Below are positions 37,601 to 47,210 of a DNA stretch of 64,000 bases, one piece after another. Source of the stretch: a virus; the IMG/VR virus record IMGVR_UViG_3300030329_006012, positions 126,226-190,225 of that record. One strand, 5' to 3'. A program made the position numbers and the translations under genes. The notes under the pieces were generated by a model that was not told where the DNA came from, did no database searches, and saw only the letters and a program-made list of their open reading frames with translations. Each line of letters starts with the position of its first letter. The stretch's first letter is position 1.

Positions 37601-40600
37601 CCCGATCACAACTTTGAAAAACCACTGCGAACAGAATGGCTCAAAGAACTTGAGAAGATAACCGAAGAGTGGATGGAAGCAAACCCACGAGGCAATCCCG
37701 AAGAAGAGGCTGCAGCATCCGATGCGGCCGTAGCCCAAATTATGAAACAACTAAACTTGGAAAACAGGATTTATAACAAGCTCACTCTCAACGAAGTTAC
37801 CTTCGAGGATGCAGAGAAGAACCTCGACGGCAAAAAGATTCGTAAGATGATAAAGGCATATAACTATGAGCTGGATCCAGAAGCTGATCCTGAACGTGGT
37901 ATGGGTGTGGCGCTGCAAAGACTCAAGAACACTATGAGGAAATTTATGCCATCCGATGTTGCAGACGGTGACAGAGGACAATCAATGCTTTGGGTAATTC
38001 GCATGCTCCGAACTCAAGAAGAGTTCCGCAATGCAGTGCTGGATTATTCCATTGGCGACGACACAGATCATCACGGCAACCGAACAACGACAATGGCGTG
38101 GAACATGCTGGTTCAGCGAATATCTCGAAACCTTGAGAAGTTTTTCCAACACAAGCGGCACATGAAAGTGAATGATTTAAACAAAATTGACAGCGAAGAG
38201 ATGTTGAACGATGTTGTTGACAAAGCAGAAGAAGCAATCGAGGCAGAGAACGAAAGAAAACTAGACTCAGATGCTCCACGAGGAACAGAATTTTTTGAAG
38301 GCAACTACCAATATGATGAAGACGGAGAAGTTGCCAGACATCCCGAAACGAGAATACCTTTATTCGATACCGAAACGGGATGGGTTGTTGCTGCAGCGCA
38401 CAATAAAGGCGCAGCTTGTCTGCTCGGCAAGAAGACAGAGTGGTGTACCGCTGCTCCTGGAAGAGATTTCTTTAAGCAATATTACGGCGGCGAAGATGAT
38501 CCTCTTTTTGTTGTTCATACTCCTGAAGATGAGCGATATCAATTGGCGTTTGGCAAAGGCGAGTTTATGGATGTTGATGATGTCAAGATGACCGGCGAAG
38601 CATTCGAGCGCGTTCATGACAGGATAAAGTCAGCCATTGAAGCAAAAGGGCTGGAAGACAGATTTGAAAAAGTTATGAACTATGAGCGCGTTGATATAGC
38701 AGCAAAAATTGCCGAAGCTGTTGAAGAAGTCAAGTCAGAGCAGAGATTCCCACGCGAAGTGGATATCAGTGCCGATGTTGAGGACGATTATGATAGCGTA
38801 GGTATCCACGGCTATTGTACCACCAAGTTCGAGTTCGCTCTGAATGGCGGCCACGGCGATCCTCTCTGGAGTCATCGCGACGAGGACGAAGTTGTTGAAG
38901 AACTTATTGAAGCATTTAACGACGCCAATGGCTCATTCTGTGTTGGCAATGAAGACTGCGAAGATCCAGCGGAGAACATTGAGTGGGGCAAGTCGGGTGA
39001 TAAGGGATACCAGAATTTTGAAATTAGCTATTCATTTTTTAAATCCTGGTACTCCTATGAAGACGACGATGGTACACCTGAATTGGATGACGCCACTTAC
39101 TGGATGGGAGAGGTGAGGCGAACTATCGACGACGATTACGAAGGAATAAAATCCAAGATTCGCGGTGCCCTCTTAAATCTTGGTGTCGTTAAGAAAAACG
39201 AAATTGACGAACTGATTGATGAAAACGATGGCGAAAAGATAAAAGGAATGTTTGACAACTTTGAAGTTTATGTGTTACCTCAATATAGCCAAGCCAACGT
39301 ATATATGCGAGGCGACTTGCCAAAAGAAGGCTGGGATTTGAGTCGCGACGGCATTAACGTACTAGAGCGCCCAACGTTCGGCAGAAAATTATGGTTCTCG
39401 GCAATCAAAGCAGTCGAAGAGGTTGCAAGCCGGCAATTGGGGTTGGATTTTGGGATAGATGAGCCAGACGACGAAATCAACACAGCCCACGGAATGTTTG
39501 ATGTTCCGAATGGGGCCGCATTAAGTATTAACAACGAAATGATCGCCGTAGACACTGGAAAAAGGAACGTAAACAAGGAACCAATTCCAATGGGGATACC
39601 TCGCCCTCGACAATGGGTAATGAAGGTGCCAATCGAATCTGATGGTTCTGATGGGAGCGTGAGAACGACAACTCAGTTTATACAGAATTTAAAAATTGCA
39701 AACAGATATCCTAAATTATTTCGAAGTGCTGTCGAGAAGCTGATTAAAATAGAAATAGACAACCTGCAAAGAGACGAAGACAACCGCAATGCCGATGCAG
39801 AGAAAAAATACTTTATGGAACCAATCGATCCCGAAAGACTAATGCCGGGAGAGTTGGCAGAAGGATTAGAAAGACTTGAAGAAGTCTCTTTCGATGACGC
39901 CCTCAAGTCAGTCGATAAGCAGGGCAAGAAAATGGCAAAGGGTTATAACTATGACACTGGCCGCGAGCCCGATCATAACTTAGATAAAATGATGATAGCC
40001 TTCGCAAGAAAGGTTCGCAGGTTCATTCCTCGCGACATAGATGATGGACAGAAAGCACTTGCCACACTATGGCTTTTGAGGACAATAAAGAAAGAGCCTC
40101 AGATGCGTGAAGACTTTTTCAACGACAATGCATATCTCGGAGGCTATGAATATAATAGTCTAAAGAACGACTTGGAAAAATTCTTCCAATATAATCGTTT
40201 TATGGAGCCTCGTGATTTAAATGCTGTCAAGAACCATCACCACTTGCACAAAGTCACAGGTCAAGCTCAGGCCGCAATCGAAGCAGATGCAGCGAAAAAG
40301 CTGGAAGCTGATGCTGAAGCTGGTACAGATGTTTTGCGCGACGACGCAGAATGGTATATCGCAATCATCAATAACAAGGGAGCAGCGTGTACTCTTGGTA
40401 AAGGAACAGACTGGTGTACGGCAGCTCCTGGATTAAACTACTTCAAGCAATACTACGAGGAAGATGATCCTTTATTCTTCATCGAATCCAAAGATACCGA
40501 AGAGAAGTGGCAATTTCATTATGGCTCACGCCAATTTATGGACGTCAACGATCATCAGGTGGACAGAGAAACGTTCGAGAACCTTCACCATGTTTTAATG

Positions 40601-41920
40601 TCTGCGCTGGAAGAAAAGGGTTACGAAGAGAGATATCCAAAAGTGTTTGAACACGAGCACAAGGATTATCATCAAGAAATGAAAGACCTCATCGAAAGAG
40701 AGGAAGAACTTATAGATCACAAGATGATTGAAATCAACGGAAGTGTCGATGACGACGTAGACGCTCAACACTTTCACGCAGAGTGTCATGTTGACTTTAT
40801 TTTTGATCGCCCCGAAGGTAAGTACGCAAGCGCCGAAGTTGCAATGGGCCCAGAAGAATATGATATGCTGGCGGAGAAATTCACCACCGAAGCTGGTGAA
40901 GTTATTTATGTTGCTTCAAACAATCGGGACACTGGTATGGATGACAGTATGGAAGATTATATACAAATAGTCGAAACTGACAGATCTATTAAAGTGGGCA
41001 TTGCATCTTGGTATAGTGATTATGCTATGGATGGCGACGGTGTTGAAAGCGCCTTTGAAGGCGTAAAAGACTTCTTTGATAATGTTCGTTACGGAATTGA
41101 CAGAAATTATGAAGACATCAAAGAGGGTATCCGTGCATTGCTCATTAGCTGGGAAATGCTCGACGGAACAAAGTATGATAAAATACTTGATGCAGGAGAA
41201 GAAGCCCACGAGGAATTCGAGGAACAATTTAAACCACTCCAAATGACAATGGATGCAGACGACAGGGAAATAAGAATTAATTTTACTTTCCCCAAAGGAC
41301 CAGAAGCACAAGACGTCGTTGGCTATCAACTTGGCGTCGGAATGCAGAGGCTCAGAAGGTTCATATTTAGAATGGGCATCAAAGCGGCAGCAAACAAATT
41401 GGGTGATGAAACCAAGCAACCAACACAACTCGGACTTCCGGGAACTGACACCGAAGAACAAGAAACCGATGCAGAGAAATTAAACCAACTTGCTTGGCTC
41501 TTGAGCGCAAGCAACGCTTATCTGAAGGCGATGGATTCTGCAGCAGAAAACGTTTATGTTCGGATGGATGCCAATGCTGGCCAACTCCTTGCTTGGAATG
41601 ATATGTTCTTCGAAGGAATGAAGGCTGTTTCGCGGAACTACGAACTTGTGCAAAAGGCTCTATCGAAAGCACTGGAATTTGTGGTTATAGAAAATCCAGA
41701 AGACTTTCCAATGCCGGACAAGAAAGAAAAAGAATTAACTGAAATTATAGCTGACGAGGTTGTAAAAGCCATGACAGAGATTGAGCCTTATCAAAAGAAG
41801 GCCAGAAAATGGCAAAAGCGAGCTTTGAAACTAAATATTAAAGGCGGCAATAAATATTTGACCAAGGGAATGAAGATTGCTTCAACCAAATTGGGTAAGT
41901 CTGCCCCACCAGGAGGATGA
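34685..41920 (+). CDS. Giant modular protein (2411 aa), probable internal virion protein with ART-like domain and three WCTA modules
   Basis: GxxTxWCTA three times; VWR/TSVTW..A..F/DEKE ART-like motifs; acidic composition; repeated ExxIYxxL linkers. Confidence 0.7.
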   Translation: MKNLEDRIYNKLVEKPNPLENHQYIQRVLGISLPLNESGATFISENMREEILEEHILYENFLRNLASQIRTGAKEVKQLFQAFYSMIADKTGGKIEVFTKYLSRLIKQLRKKLEGVLNKFAGDTLLEEKIKEKIQTLADMYDEAKGWKRVMLGSTVYLIVTYLVDKVEDAVENIKSSGNLKDELIDRIVNSDFAQSILKTLGNPEAWLGWIGPVVGGTKFVAKVLNPITSRVSHDPESLVSEETKKLTNERLDVGGQLSRLTQMMMASDACCDTESISGLWSESDPQYDMSFLLPEPEWRDWEEGDSYEEDKEEWIEKEMEKRRVADKGISMEEIYKSREELGELSRQGLVQDGIATRSPDGSGAVVKVWRCGSTKQMDDSDQPVTSVTWSEKYAYRFCQGKKKYTHHKHDHTEVDAYYVNLKDVLVSIPHVWDNAYDEKELLVRPQDLIPVEGYERKMENKIYERLVGEEKEINYKDHASLTFDQLSDAVRTAQDAKEKAEEKKMAKTVIPGEDYRKLDSVSPHFEVVVPMSTKASCIYGAGTKWCTASNEKYTKNYFSEYYNENGYTLYYVLPKKVDPELARPFDFLEKSPEEVEDFVGQFDDLFEGKKEDLKKKYPQFDLPAYGDDTELAGKLRGIDRMAQDDPSGKNKYLPWMVKQLDKKTPREEDGTISDVAADAWRSRIVRLIQRYHDLLPYIGKKPDLDKKKKEEKPQEQSRYDKIAVVMDPDDGINSVYDAEDNSVEITWLTDELLPSWGFERGDEADLVWSNLIDAIHDDLKDNPNTSHQVSDFWEAEADDAYFKHLSINSGTEASYGKLEVSFTCYVTLSVPDIDADWAKRYDNDTFRGEDRSRLMKYWDFVQQWLDVDALSERIKVLGMAPLREFPGARAHSSLPPIKEELSKSNDGTPHMVFSQSCTYRFKRNWQNDWRDDMEPSAKIRVQKAAIESVFRSLKDLDASIGTAFNTISAAAPDHNFEKPLRTEWLKELEKITEEWMEANPRGNPEEEAAASDAAVAQIMKQLNLENRIYNKLTLNEVTFEDAEKNLDGKKIRKMIKAYNYELDPEADPERGMGVALQRLKNTMRKFMPSDVADGDRGQSMLWVIRMLRTQEEFRNAVLDYSIGDDTDHHGNRTTTMAWNMLVQRISRNLEKFFQHKRHMKVNDLNKIDSEEMLNDVVDKAEEAIEAENERKLDSDAPRGTEFFEGNYQYDEDGEVARHPETRIPLFDTETGWVVAAAHNKGAACLLGKKTEWCTAAPGRDFFKQYYGGEDDPLFVVHTPEDERYQLAFGKGEFMDVDDVKMTGEAFERVHDRIKSAIEAKGLEDRFEKVMNYERVDIAAKIAEAVEEVKSEQRFPREVDISADVEDDYDSVGIHGYCTTKFEFALNGGHGDPLWSHRDEDEVVEELIEAFNDANGSFCVGNEDCEDPAENIEWGKSGDKGYQNFEISYSFFKSWYSYEDDDGTPELDDATYWMGEVRRTIDDDYEGIKSKIRGALLNLGVVKKNEIDELIDENDGEKIKGMFDNFEVYVLPQYSQANVYMRGDLPKEGWDLSRDGINVLERPTFGRKLWFSAIKAVEEVASRQLGLDFGIDEPDDEINTAHGMFDVPNGAALSINNEMIAVDTGKRNVNKEPIPMGIPRPRQWVMKVPIESDGSDGSVRTTTQFIQNLKIANRYPKLFRSAVEKLIKIEIDNLQRDEDNRNADAEKKYFMEPIDPERLMPGELAEGLERLEEVSFDDALKSVDKQGKKMAKGYNYDTGREPDHNLDKMMIAFARKVRRFIPRDIDDGQKALATLWLLRTIKKEPQMREDFFNDNAYLGGYEYNSLKNDLEKFFQYNRFMEPRDLNAVKNHHHLHKVTGQAQAAIEADAAKKLEADAEAGTDVLRDDAEWYIAIINNKGAACTLGKGTDWCTAAPGLNYFKQYYEEDDPLFFIESKDTEEKWQFHYGSRQFMDVNDHQVDRETFENLHHVLMSALEEKGYEERYPKVFEHEHKDYHQEMKDLIEREEELIDHKMIEINGSVDDDVDAQHFHAECHVDFIFDRPEGKYASAEVAMGPEEYDMLAEKFTTEAGEVIYVASNNRDTGMDDSMEDYIQIVETDRSIKVGIASWYSDYAMDGDGVESAFEGVKDFFDNVRYGIDRNYEDIKEGIRALLISWEMLDGTKYDKILDAGEEAHEEFEEQFKPLQMTMDADDREIRINFTFPKGPEAQDVVGYQLGVGMQRLRRFIFRMGIKAAANKLGDETKQPTQLGLPGTDTEEQETDAEKLNQLAWLLSASNAYLKAMDSAAENVYVRMDANAGQLLAWNDMFFEGMKAVSRNYELVQKALSKALEFVVIENPEDFPMPDKKEKELTEIIADEVVKAMTEIEPYQKKARKWQKRALKLNIKGGNKYLTKGMKIASTKLGKSAPPGG

Positions 41921-41921
41921 G

Positions 41922-42116
41922 ATGAAATTACATAAAGTAAATAACAGGAGAAACGAAAGACTTTTTAAAAGGCTGACTGAAGGATTCGGCCCAGCTGGTA
42001 TTTCAAATCTTGCTGATTATGAACAAAGACAAGATCATGATGAGGATGATTCTATTGACAACACTGAAATGATGGAAAACGAATCCATCGATGAAATGAT
42101 TGAACAGCAGCCCTAA
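41922..42116 (+). CDS. Small acidic protein, probable virion protein
   Basis: GGAGG SD; NNRRNERLFKRLTE N-terminus. Confidence 0.65.
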   Translation: MKLHKVNNRRNERLFKRLTEGFGPAGISNLADYEQRQDHDEDDSIDNTEMMENESIDEMIEQQP

Positions 42117-42133
42117 GCGAAAGTTCTCAACTT

Positions 42134-42475
42134 GTGACCAAAAACATTTTAATTTTCACCCTCCTCATTTGTATAAGCCACGTTATTTTTTGGTTTCAAG
42201 TGAACGGGCAGTTCATGTGGAGCTTTTTTAAAGAAAATCCCCTCATCATTGCCCTAATGGGATTACCATCAGGCTACCTCGTCATCATTGCAGCAAAATA
42301 TGGCTATGAATACTTCGATGGAAACATCTGGCCATTAAGAATTGTGGGTTTTTCGCTCGGAACCATCATTTTTTCGATACTGGCGTATACTTGTATGTCC
42401 GAAGGGCTCACTTTGAAGACAATATTGTGCCTCATACTGTCCCTAGTCATCATTATCATCCAAATAGCCCTTTAA
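42134..42475 (+). CDS. Four-TM membrane protein
   Basis: Four hydrophobic helices. Confidence 0.7.
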   Translation: MTKNILIFTLLICISHVIFWFQVNGQFMWSFFKENPLIIALMGLPSGYLVIIAAKYGYEYFDGNIWPLRIVGFSLGTIIFSILAYTCMSEGLTLKTILCLILSLVIIIIQIAL

Positions 42476-42515
42476 AAGAGCATAATGCATGTTATAATAC
42501 TACTTACTATCTGTT

Positions 42516-43046
42516 ATGCATAACAAAAACACCATTCACGAGCTTATAAGGGAGTTTTACCCCTATGCAAAGGAAAAAATGGGCTTTAACAAGCCATGTA
42601 GAGTCTTTTTGCGCGAAAATAAGGAAAATTACGCTGATCCACTCGGAAAAACGGCATATTATGACCCACAGGGTATGGAAATACACCTTTTTACCACCGG
42701 ACGGCACCCAAAGGACGTCATGAGGAGCTTTTCTCATGAGCTGGTCCACCATACCCAAAACTGCCGAGGATCACTGGATTCTGTCGGGCCAACGGCCGAA
42801 GGATACGCCCAAAACAACAAACACCTTCGAGAAATGGAAAAAGAAGCCTACTTAGAAGGGAATCTCTGTTTTAGAGACTGGACAGATACTCGCGAGAAGA
42901 ATAATCAGGGAATAGCGAAACACCGAGGGGACGGAACAAACGATCAGGGCTCGATACCGCTTAGAAACAACGATAGAGAGGAGTGGCTTGGGCCTGCAGG
43001 AAACCATTCTGCCCACTACTCCAAAGGAAACAGGGATCCATCATGA
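42516..43046 (+). CDS. Zincin-like metallopeptidase-domain protein
   Basis: SFSHELVHHTQN, EMEKEAY. Confidence 0.7.
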   Translation: MHNKNTIHELIREFYPYAKEKMGFNKPCRVFLRENKENYADPLGKTAYYDPQGMEIHLFTTGRHPKDVMRSFSHELVHHTQNCRGSLDSVGPTAEGYAQNNKHLREMEKEAYLEGNLCFRDWTDTREKNNQGIAKHRGDGTNDQGSIPLRNNDREEWLGPAGNHSAHYSKGNRDPS

Positions 43047-43669
43047 AAAAATATCTAAACAACAGAAATAAAAAATTATTCAACAAACTATTTGAAAATC
43101 AGGGCATAAAGGTTAAAGAAATCGGAATTCCAGAGAAGACCGCTTGGTTAGCAAAGGAAGAAAGCCTAGACGAAGAGTCCGAGGTAAATACAGCCGGCAT
43201 AGAAAGGCTCTTGACTCAAATAAGTGATAAGCTCGACACACTCGATGATATCGACATCAGTATTGATTATTTAACTGCTGCACTTACCGGCATCGATCCC
43301 GACGTGGCAAATAAAGGACAGGCCGTTTTTGGCAGAGAAGCAGAGCCAGTCGTTAATGTGAAAGAAGGTGAAGGGCATGTTGTTATATCACCAGATGATG
43401 AAGACGACGAAGAGGATAGTGAAGATTATATTGACGAAGCTCAGGCATTAAGAGGCGACAGCATTGCGAAAATTCAAAAAACCCTCCGGCCGGTAGCAAG
43501 CATTTTAAGGACAGTTGACACTCCTCAAGAAACGGCTCAGGTGGTCAACTTTTTGCTGAAGCACATAGCAGAGATGTCGAAAGGGCAACTTACAAAACAA
43601 GAGATGATGGTCGCCCTAAAGAATCTTGTTCAAGATCTAAATGAAGCGAAAGCTTCAAAAATAAAATAG
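43043..43669 (+). CDS. Acidic hypothetical protein, probable virion protein
   Basis: ATGA coupling; NNRNKKLFNKLFE N-terminus. Confidence 0.7.
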   Translation: MKKYLNNRNKKLFNKLFENQGIKVKEIGIPEKTAWLAKEESLDEESEVNTAGIERLLTQISDKLDTLDDIDISIDYLTAALTGIDPDVANKGQAVFGREAEPVVNVKEGEGHVVISPDDEDDEEDSEDYIDEAQALRGDSIAKIQKTLRPVASILRTVDTPQETAQVVNFLLKHIAEMSKGQLTKQEMMVALKNLVQDLNEAKASKIK

Positions 43670-43686
43670 AAAGGTGGTGATATATT

Positions 43687-44013
43687 ATGGCAAATCCAAG
43701 ACGAAGGCGAGAACGGAAAGCAGCAAGGGAGGCAGCAGCGAAGGCTGCAGCTAAATCTGCTGAAGTTTCCATTGCGGCCGAAACTGAAATCAATTTACCA
43801 GAAGTGGAAAAAATCTCTGAAGAGGTTTTAGAAATTTCTGAGGATTTATTGGAAAATGCTGAAAGTTTGTTAGAGTCTACTGAAGAATCATTAGAGGCTA
43901 GTGAGCCGTTAAGCAAGAAGAAAACATCCTCAAAAAAGAAAACTTCCAAAAAGAAGGTTTCCAAAAAGAAATCTCTAGGAAGAATTAGTCTTTTTGGCAG
44001 CGAGGATGACTAA
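43687..44013 (+). CDS. Protein with Lys/Ser-rich histone-like tail
   Basis: KKKTSSKKKTSKKKVSKKKS; acidic middle. Confidence 0.65.
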   Translation: MANPRRRRERKAAREAAAKAAAKSAEVSIAAETEINLPEVEKISEEVLEISEDLLENAESLLESTEESLEASEPLSKKKTSSKKKTSKKKVSKKKSLGRISLFGSEDD

Positions 44014-44268
44014 ATGATTGATTTTGATGGTATGACGAGGAAATTTCTCCTCGGAGAGAGAAAGCAAGCCGGCGCAAAGGCATATTTGAGAGCAATACAA
44101 GATGGCTTGAGGAAATTGAGACCGGTCTCTCAATCTCAGGCAGTAATGATTGAAAATATGATATCTCAGATAAAAAGTGTAGCCAAGGAAGTTATTTCTC
44201 TTCAGGAGAAGGTCAGCCTATTAGAAGAGCAGATAAGTGTACTTGAAGAAAGTAAAGATAAGGAGTAA
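44014..44268 (+). CDS. Coiled-coil hypothetical protein
   Basis: C-terminal heptads. Confidence 0.65.
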   Translation: MIDFDGMTRKFLLGERKQAGAKAYLRAIQDGLRKLRPVSQSQAVMIENMISQIKSVAKEVISLQEKVSLLEEQISVLEESKDKE

Positions 44269-47073
44269 TTGATGGGTGGCCTAGCAGGACATATGTCTCA
44301 TTTATATGATAACCCTGATCTCACTTTCGGAGAGATAGAGGATATTTTTATTAAGGCGAGCTCTGGTGCCCTCGTTGGCACCGAGAAGACCGATGGTCAA
44401 AATATCTTCCTATCTTATTCTGTTAAAAACAAAAAAGCCGTGGCTGCACGGAATATAACTAATATCAAAAAAGGCGGCATGACCGCATCAGAACTGGCCG
44501 ATAAGTTTGCTGGGCGAGGTAATCTGGAAAAATCTTTCACAGATTCCTTTGCCGCCTTTGAAAAGGCAGTCAACATGTTTCCACTAGAGAAGCAAATAGA
44601 TATTTTTGGCCCTGATGCAAACATATGGTACAATGCCGAAATTCAAGATCCTCGCACATCGAATGTAATTAATTATGATGATAAATCCCTAACTATTCAT
44701 CGAGTGGGCCATAAAGAGTTTGATAAGCAAAGCGGCAAACCACTAGATAAAGATGTTTCCGCCCACGCCGAACAACTGGAAGATGCACTGGGCAATATAC
44801 AATCTAACGCGGGTAGGGAAGAATATAAGGTTCAAGTAAACGCCTTAAAAAATTTGGACTCTCTGGGTAATGATGAGGCGCTAAATGTTGCCCTGTCTCG
44901 TCTCTTTAACCTGATGGAGTCAAATCATCTTACAAAATCAAACACAGTAATGGACTTTTTATCTAAAAGGGTTAAAGAAGTTATAAATAAGGTGATCCCG
45001 GAAGCGGATGATGATCTAAAACACGCGGTACTCGAAAGAATTTTCAAAGTAAAGGGCTCCAACCTAAGAAAGATTATTAAAATGATCGACCCTGAAGACA
45101 CCGCTCAGATCAAGAAAGTTCGAAACCTCATCGATAAGGCTGCCAAGGTAGCTACTGCTTCGATTTTCCCTCTAGAAGATATTGTTCACGACTTTTCCGT
45201 AGAAATGCTGAAGGGTTTAGAGTCCGCGTTTGTATTAGACAACGCTAAGGAAGTTAAAAGATTGAGAAGTGAAGTTGCCGAGGCGATAAAAGCAATCGAG
45301 AAGTCAAACAACGAAGAGGCTCTTGGGATTCTCGCAAAGCAAATGAAGAAGCTGAAAGATGTTGAGAATGTATCTACTGCAGCTGAGGGTTTTGTTTTTG
45401 ACTACGACGGTGTTTCTTATAAGTTTACTGGCAATTTTGCACCAGTTAATCAACTGCTTGGACTGTTTAGGTATGGCCGTGGCAACGTTCCAGCAATGCA
45501 AATTGACCTAGAAGAAGACTTGGGAGAGTCAGGGGTCAAGGCAGATGTAGCCTTTATTCCAGGTTCATTCAAGCCACCACACAAAGGTCACTTAAAGTTG
45601 ATGAAGGATTACCTAAAGTATGCCGACAGGGTTGAGGTGTTGATATCTGAGCCTAATATGGGAGGCGATAATGTCCGATGGATCAATCTGCCCCCAAGGA
45701 AAGAGGGTGATGCACCTTTGGAGCTAATGATTGATGCAGATACTGCGGCGGACTTGTTTGAACATTATATTGAGCTTGAAGGTCTCTCTGATAAAATAAC
45801 CGTTCCAAGAATTTGGAATGGTGGCTCTAACAACCCAATACAATATATATTTGGAAAGATTTCTGACTGGGAAAGTCAAAAAAAGAATATGAATGTTGTC
45901 CTCGGCGTTAGCACAAAAGACGAGGGCGATGAGAATAGATTTAAGGATAATAAATCAAAATCACCATTTAAAGATCAGGAGTATGTTAGAGTAAAGGATA
46001 TTCCGCTGCCGCCTGACCCAACCAAACTTCGGGCGAATGATTTTAGAAAGTCAATTGCAAAGGCTTGGTCTACTGGCGATCTGGGCTCTATATCCAGATT
46101 CCTTCCTGAAAAATGGGTGGCTGCTCATGAAACACCGGCGAAGGCCGCGCTAGACTTTATAGATATGATTGGTGACGCGCCGGTAAAAGAGAAGGAAATA
46201 AATGAAGCTTCATCTTGTGCGGGTGGTGCAATTCAGGGCTCCAGTGGCGGTCAAGAACTTGAAGACACTCTAATTAGAGAAGAGGACGAAGATATGAAAG
46301 AATACATGATTAGCAGAGAAGAATTTATAGAGGAGTTGTTCCTTCGGGAAAAAATAAGGGAAAAACTCACCAAAGCCCTTATCAACGAGAAAATAGAAGA
46401 GTCCAAGGTTCGTGATGCCATTAGGGCTATGATACAGGAAGAAGTCAAAGATGCACCTTACAAAAGCACAGGGATCAATGAGTTGGAAACTTTGTTGAAA
46501 AAGATTATCCCCGTCATAGAACCCGACTATAAGAGCCTGACAACCGCATCAGAACAAAGAGAGTCTTTTCGGGCCCATATTTTAAACGCTGTGCAGAACT
46601 CTCTGTCGCCCACAGGCGCGTCGGGTGCCATGCATCGCGATGACATTGGTGTGTTGGATTTACCAAGCGAAGAGGATTTCGGACTTGAAGAAGATGGGCC
46701 TAAAGAGGAAATAAATATTGCAGTTAGTGATGATAAATTTATTGACATCGACGAGAAGCCGCCAACAGAAGAGGATGAGGAAGAGAAGGAATTTTCACTA
46801 GAAGGTGAAGAAGAGACCGGAAGAAATTTTGCTTCTATGACTTGGGGCCGCATTGAAACAAACATTGTTGACTCTTATCGCAAACTATCGAATAATAAAG
46901 ATCGCGACTTGTTTTATGATTATCTAATCGCCAATTTGAAACTTTATTTTGATAAATTTGAAGATGAGCTTTCCTCCATCGTCGATGAACCAGAGAGTGA
47001 CATCTATGATCAGGAGACTAATAAATCTCCAGAAGAAGACTTTGAACTAGGCGACGAAGAAGCAGCGATTTAA
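44269..47073 (+). CDS. Ligase-like nucleotidyltransferase + HIGH-family (cytidylyltransferase-like) fusion
   Basis: EKTDG (motif I), NAE, EGFV, YKFTG; PGSFKPPHKGH. Confidence 0.65.
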   Translation: MMGGLAGHMSHLYDNPDLTFGEIEDIFIKASSGALVGTEKTDGQNIFLSYSVKNKKAVAARNITNIKKGGMTASELADKFAGRGNLEKSFTDSFAAFEKAVNMFPLEKQIDIFGPDANIWYNAEIQDPRTSNVINYDDKSLTIHRVGHKEFDKQSGKPLDKDVSAHAEQLEDALGNIQSNAGREEYKVQVNALKNLDSLGNDEALNVALSRLFNLMESNHLTKSNTVMDFLSKRVKEVINKVIPEADDDLKHAVLERIFKVKGSNLRKIIKMIDPEDTAQIKKVRNLIDKAAKVATASIFPLEDIVHDFSVEMLKGLESAFVLDNAKEVKRLRSEVAEAIKAIEKSNNEEALGILAKQMKKLKDVENVSTAAEGFVFDYDGVSYKFTGNFAPVNQLLGLFRYGRGNVPAMQIDLEEDLGESGVKADVAFIPGSFKPPHKGHLKLMKDYLKYADRVEVLISEPNMGGDNVRWINLPPRKEGDAPLELMIDADTAADLFEHYIELEGLSDKITVPRIWNGGSNNPIQYIFGKISDWESQKKNMNVVLGVSTKDEGDENRFKDNKSKSPFKDQEYVRVKDIPLPPDPTKLRANDFRKSIAKAWSTGDLGSISRFLPEKWVAAHETPAKAALDFIDMIGDAPVKEKEINEASSCAGGAIQGSSGGQELEDTLIREEDEDMKEYMISREEFIEELFLREKIREKLTKALINEKIEESKVRDAIRAMIQEEVKDAPYKSTGINELETLLKKIIPVIEPDYKSLTTASEQRESFRAHILNAVQNSLSPTGASGAMHRDDIGVLDLPSEEDFGLEEDGPKEEINIAVSDDKFIDIDEKPPTEEDEEEKEFSLEGEEETGRNFASMTWGRIETNIVDSYRKLSNNKDRDLFYDYLIANLKLYFDKFEDELSSIVDEPESDIYDQETNKSPEEDFELGDEEAAI

Positions 47074-47111
47074 TCGATTTAAGTCTTCAACCCAACAAAA
47101 CTCCACAGGAC

Positions 47112-47140
47112 AGCAGGCGATCAGCCTGCTTTTTCTTTTA
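47112..47140 (+). terminator. Intrinsic terminator (+)
   Basis: AGCAGGC-GATCA-GCCTGCT then T-rich tract. Confidence 0.85.
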
Positions 47141-47157
47141 AGTGGCCTTCTAAGAAG

Positions 47158-47183
47158 GAAAAAAAGAGAGCCCCGAAGGGCTC
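47158..47183 (-). terminator. Intrinsic terminator (-)
   Basis: Minus strand GAGCCC-TTCG-GGGCTC then TC and a T run. Confidence 0.85.
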
Positions 47184-47210
47184 CCTTGAGATATGGATAC
47201 TATCGGGGCT

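Noticed and set aside
25711-47073. Numerous minus-strand and alternative-frame ORFs inside long genes
   Set aside because: Shadow ORFs with no SD, promoter or motif, fully overlapping well-supported + strand genes
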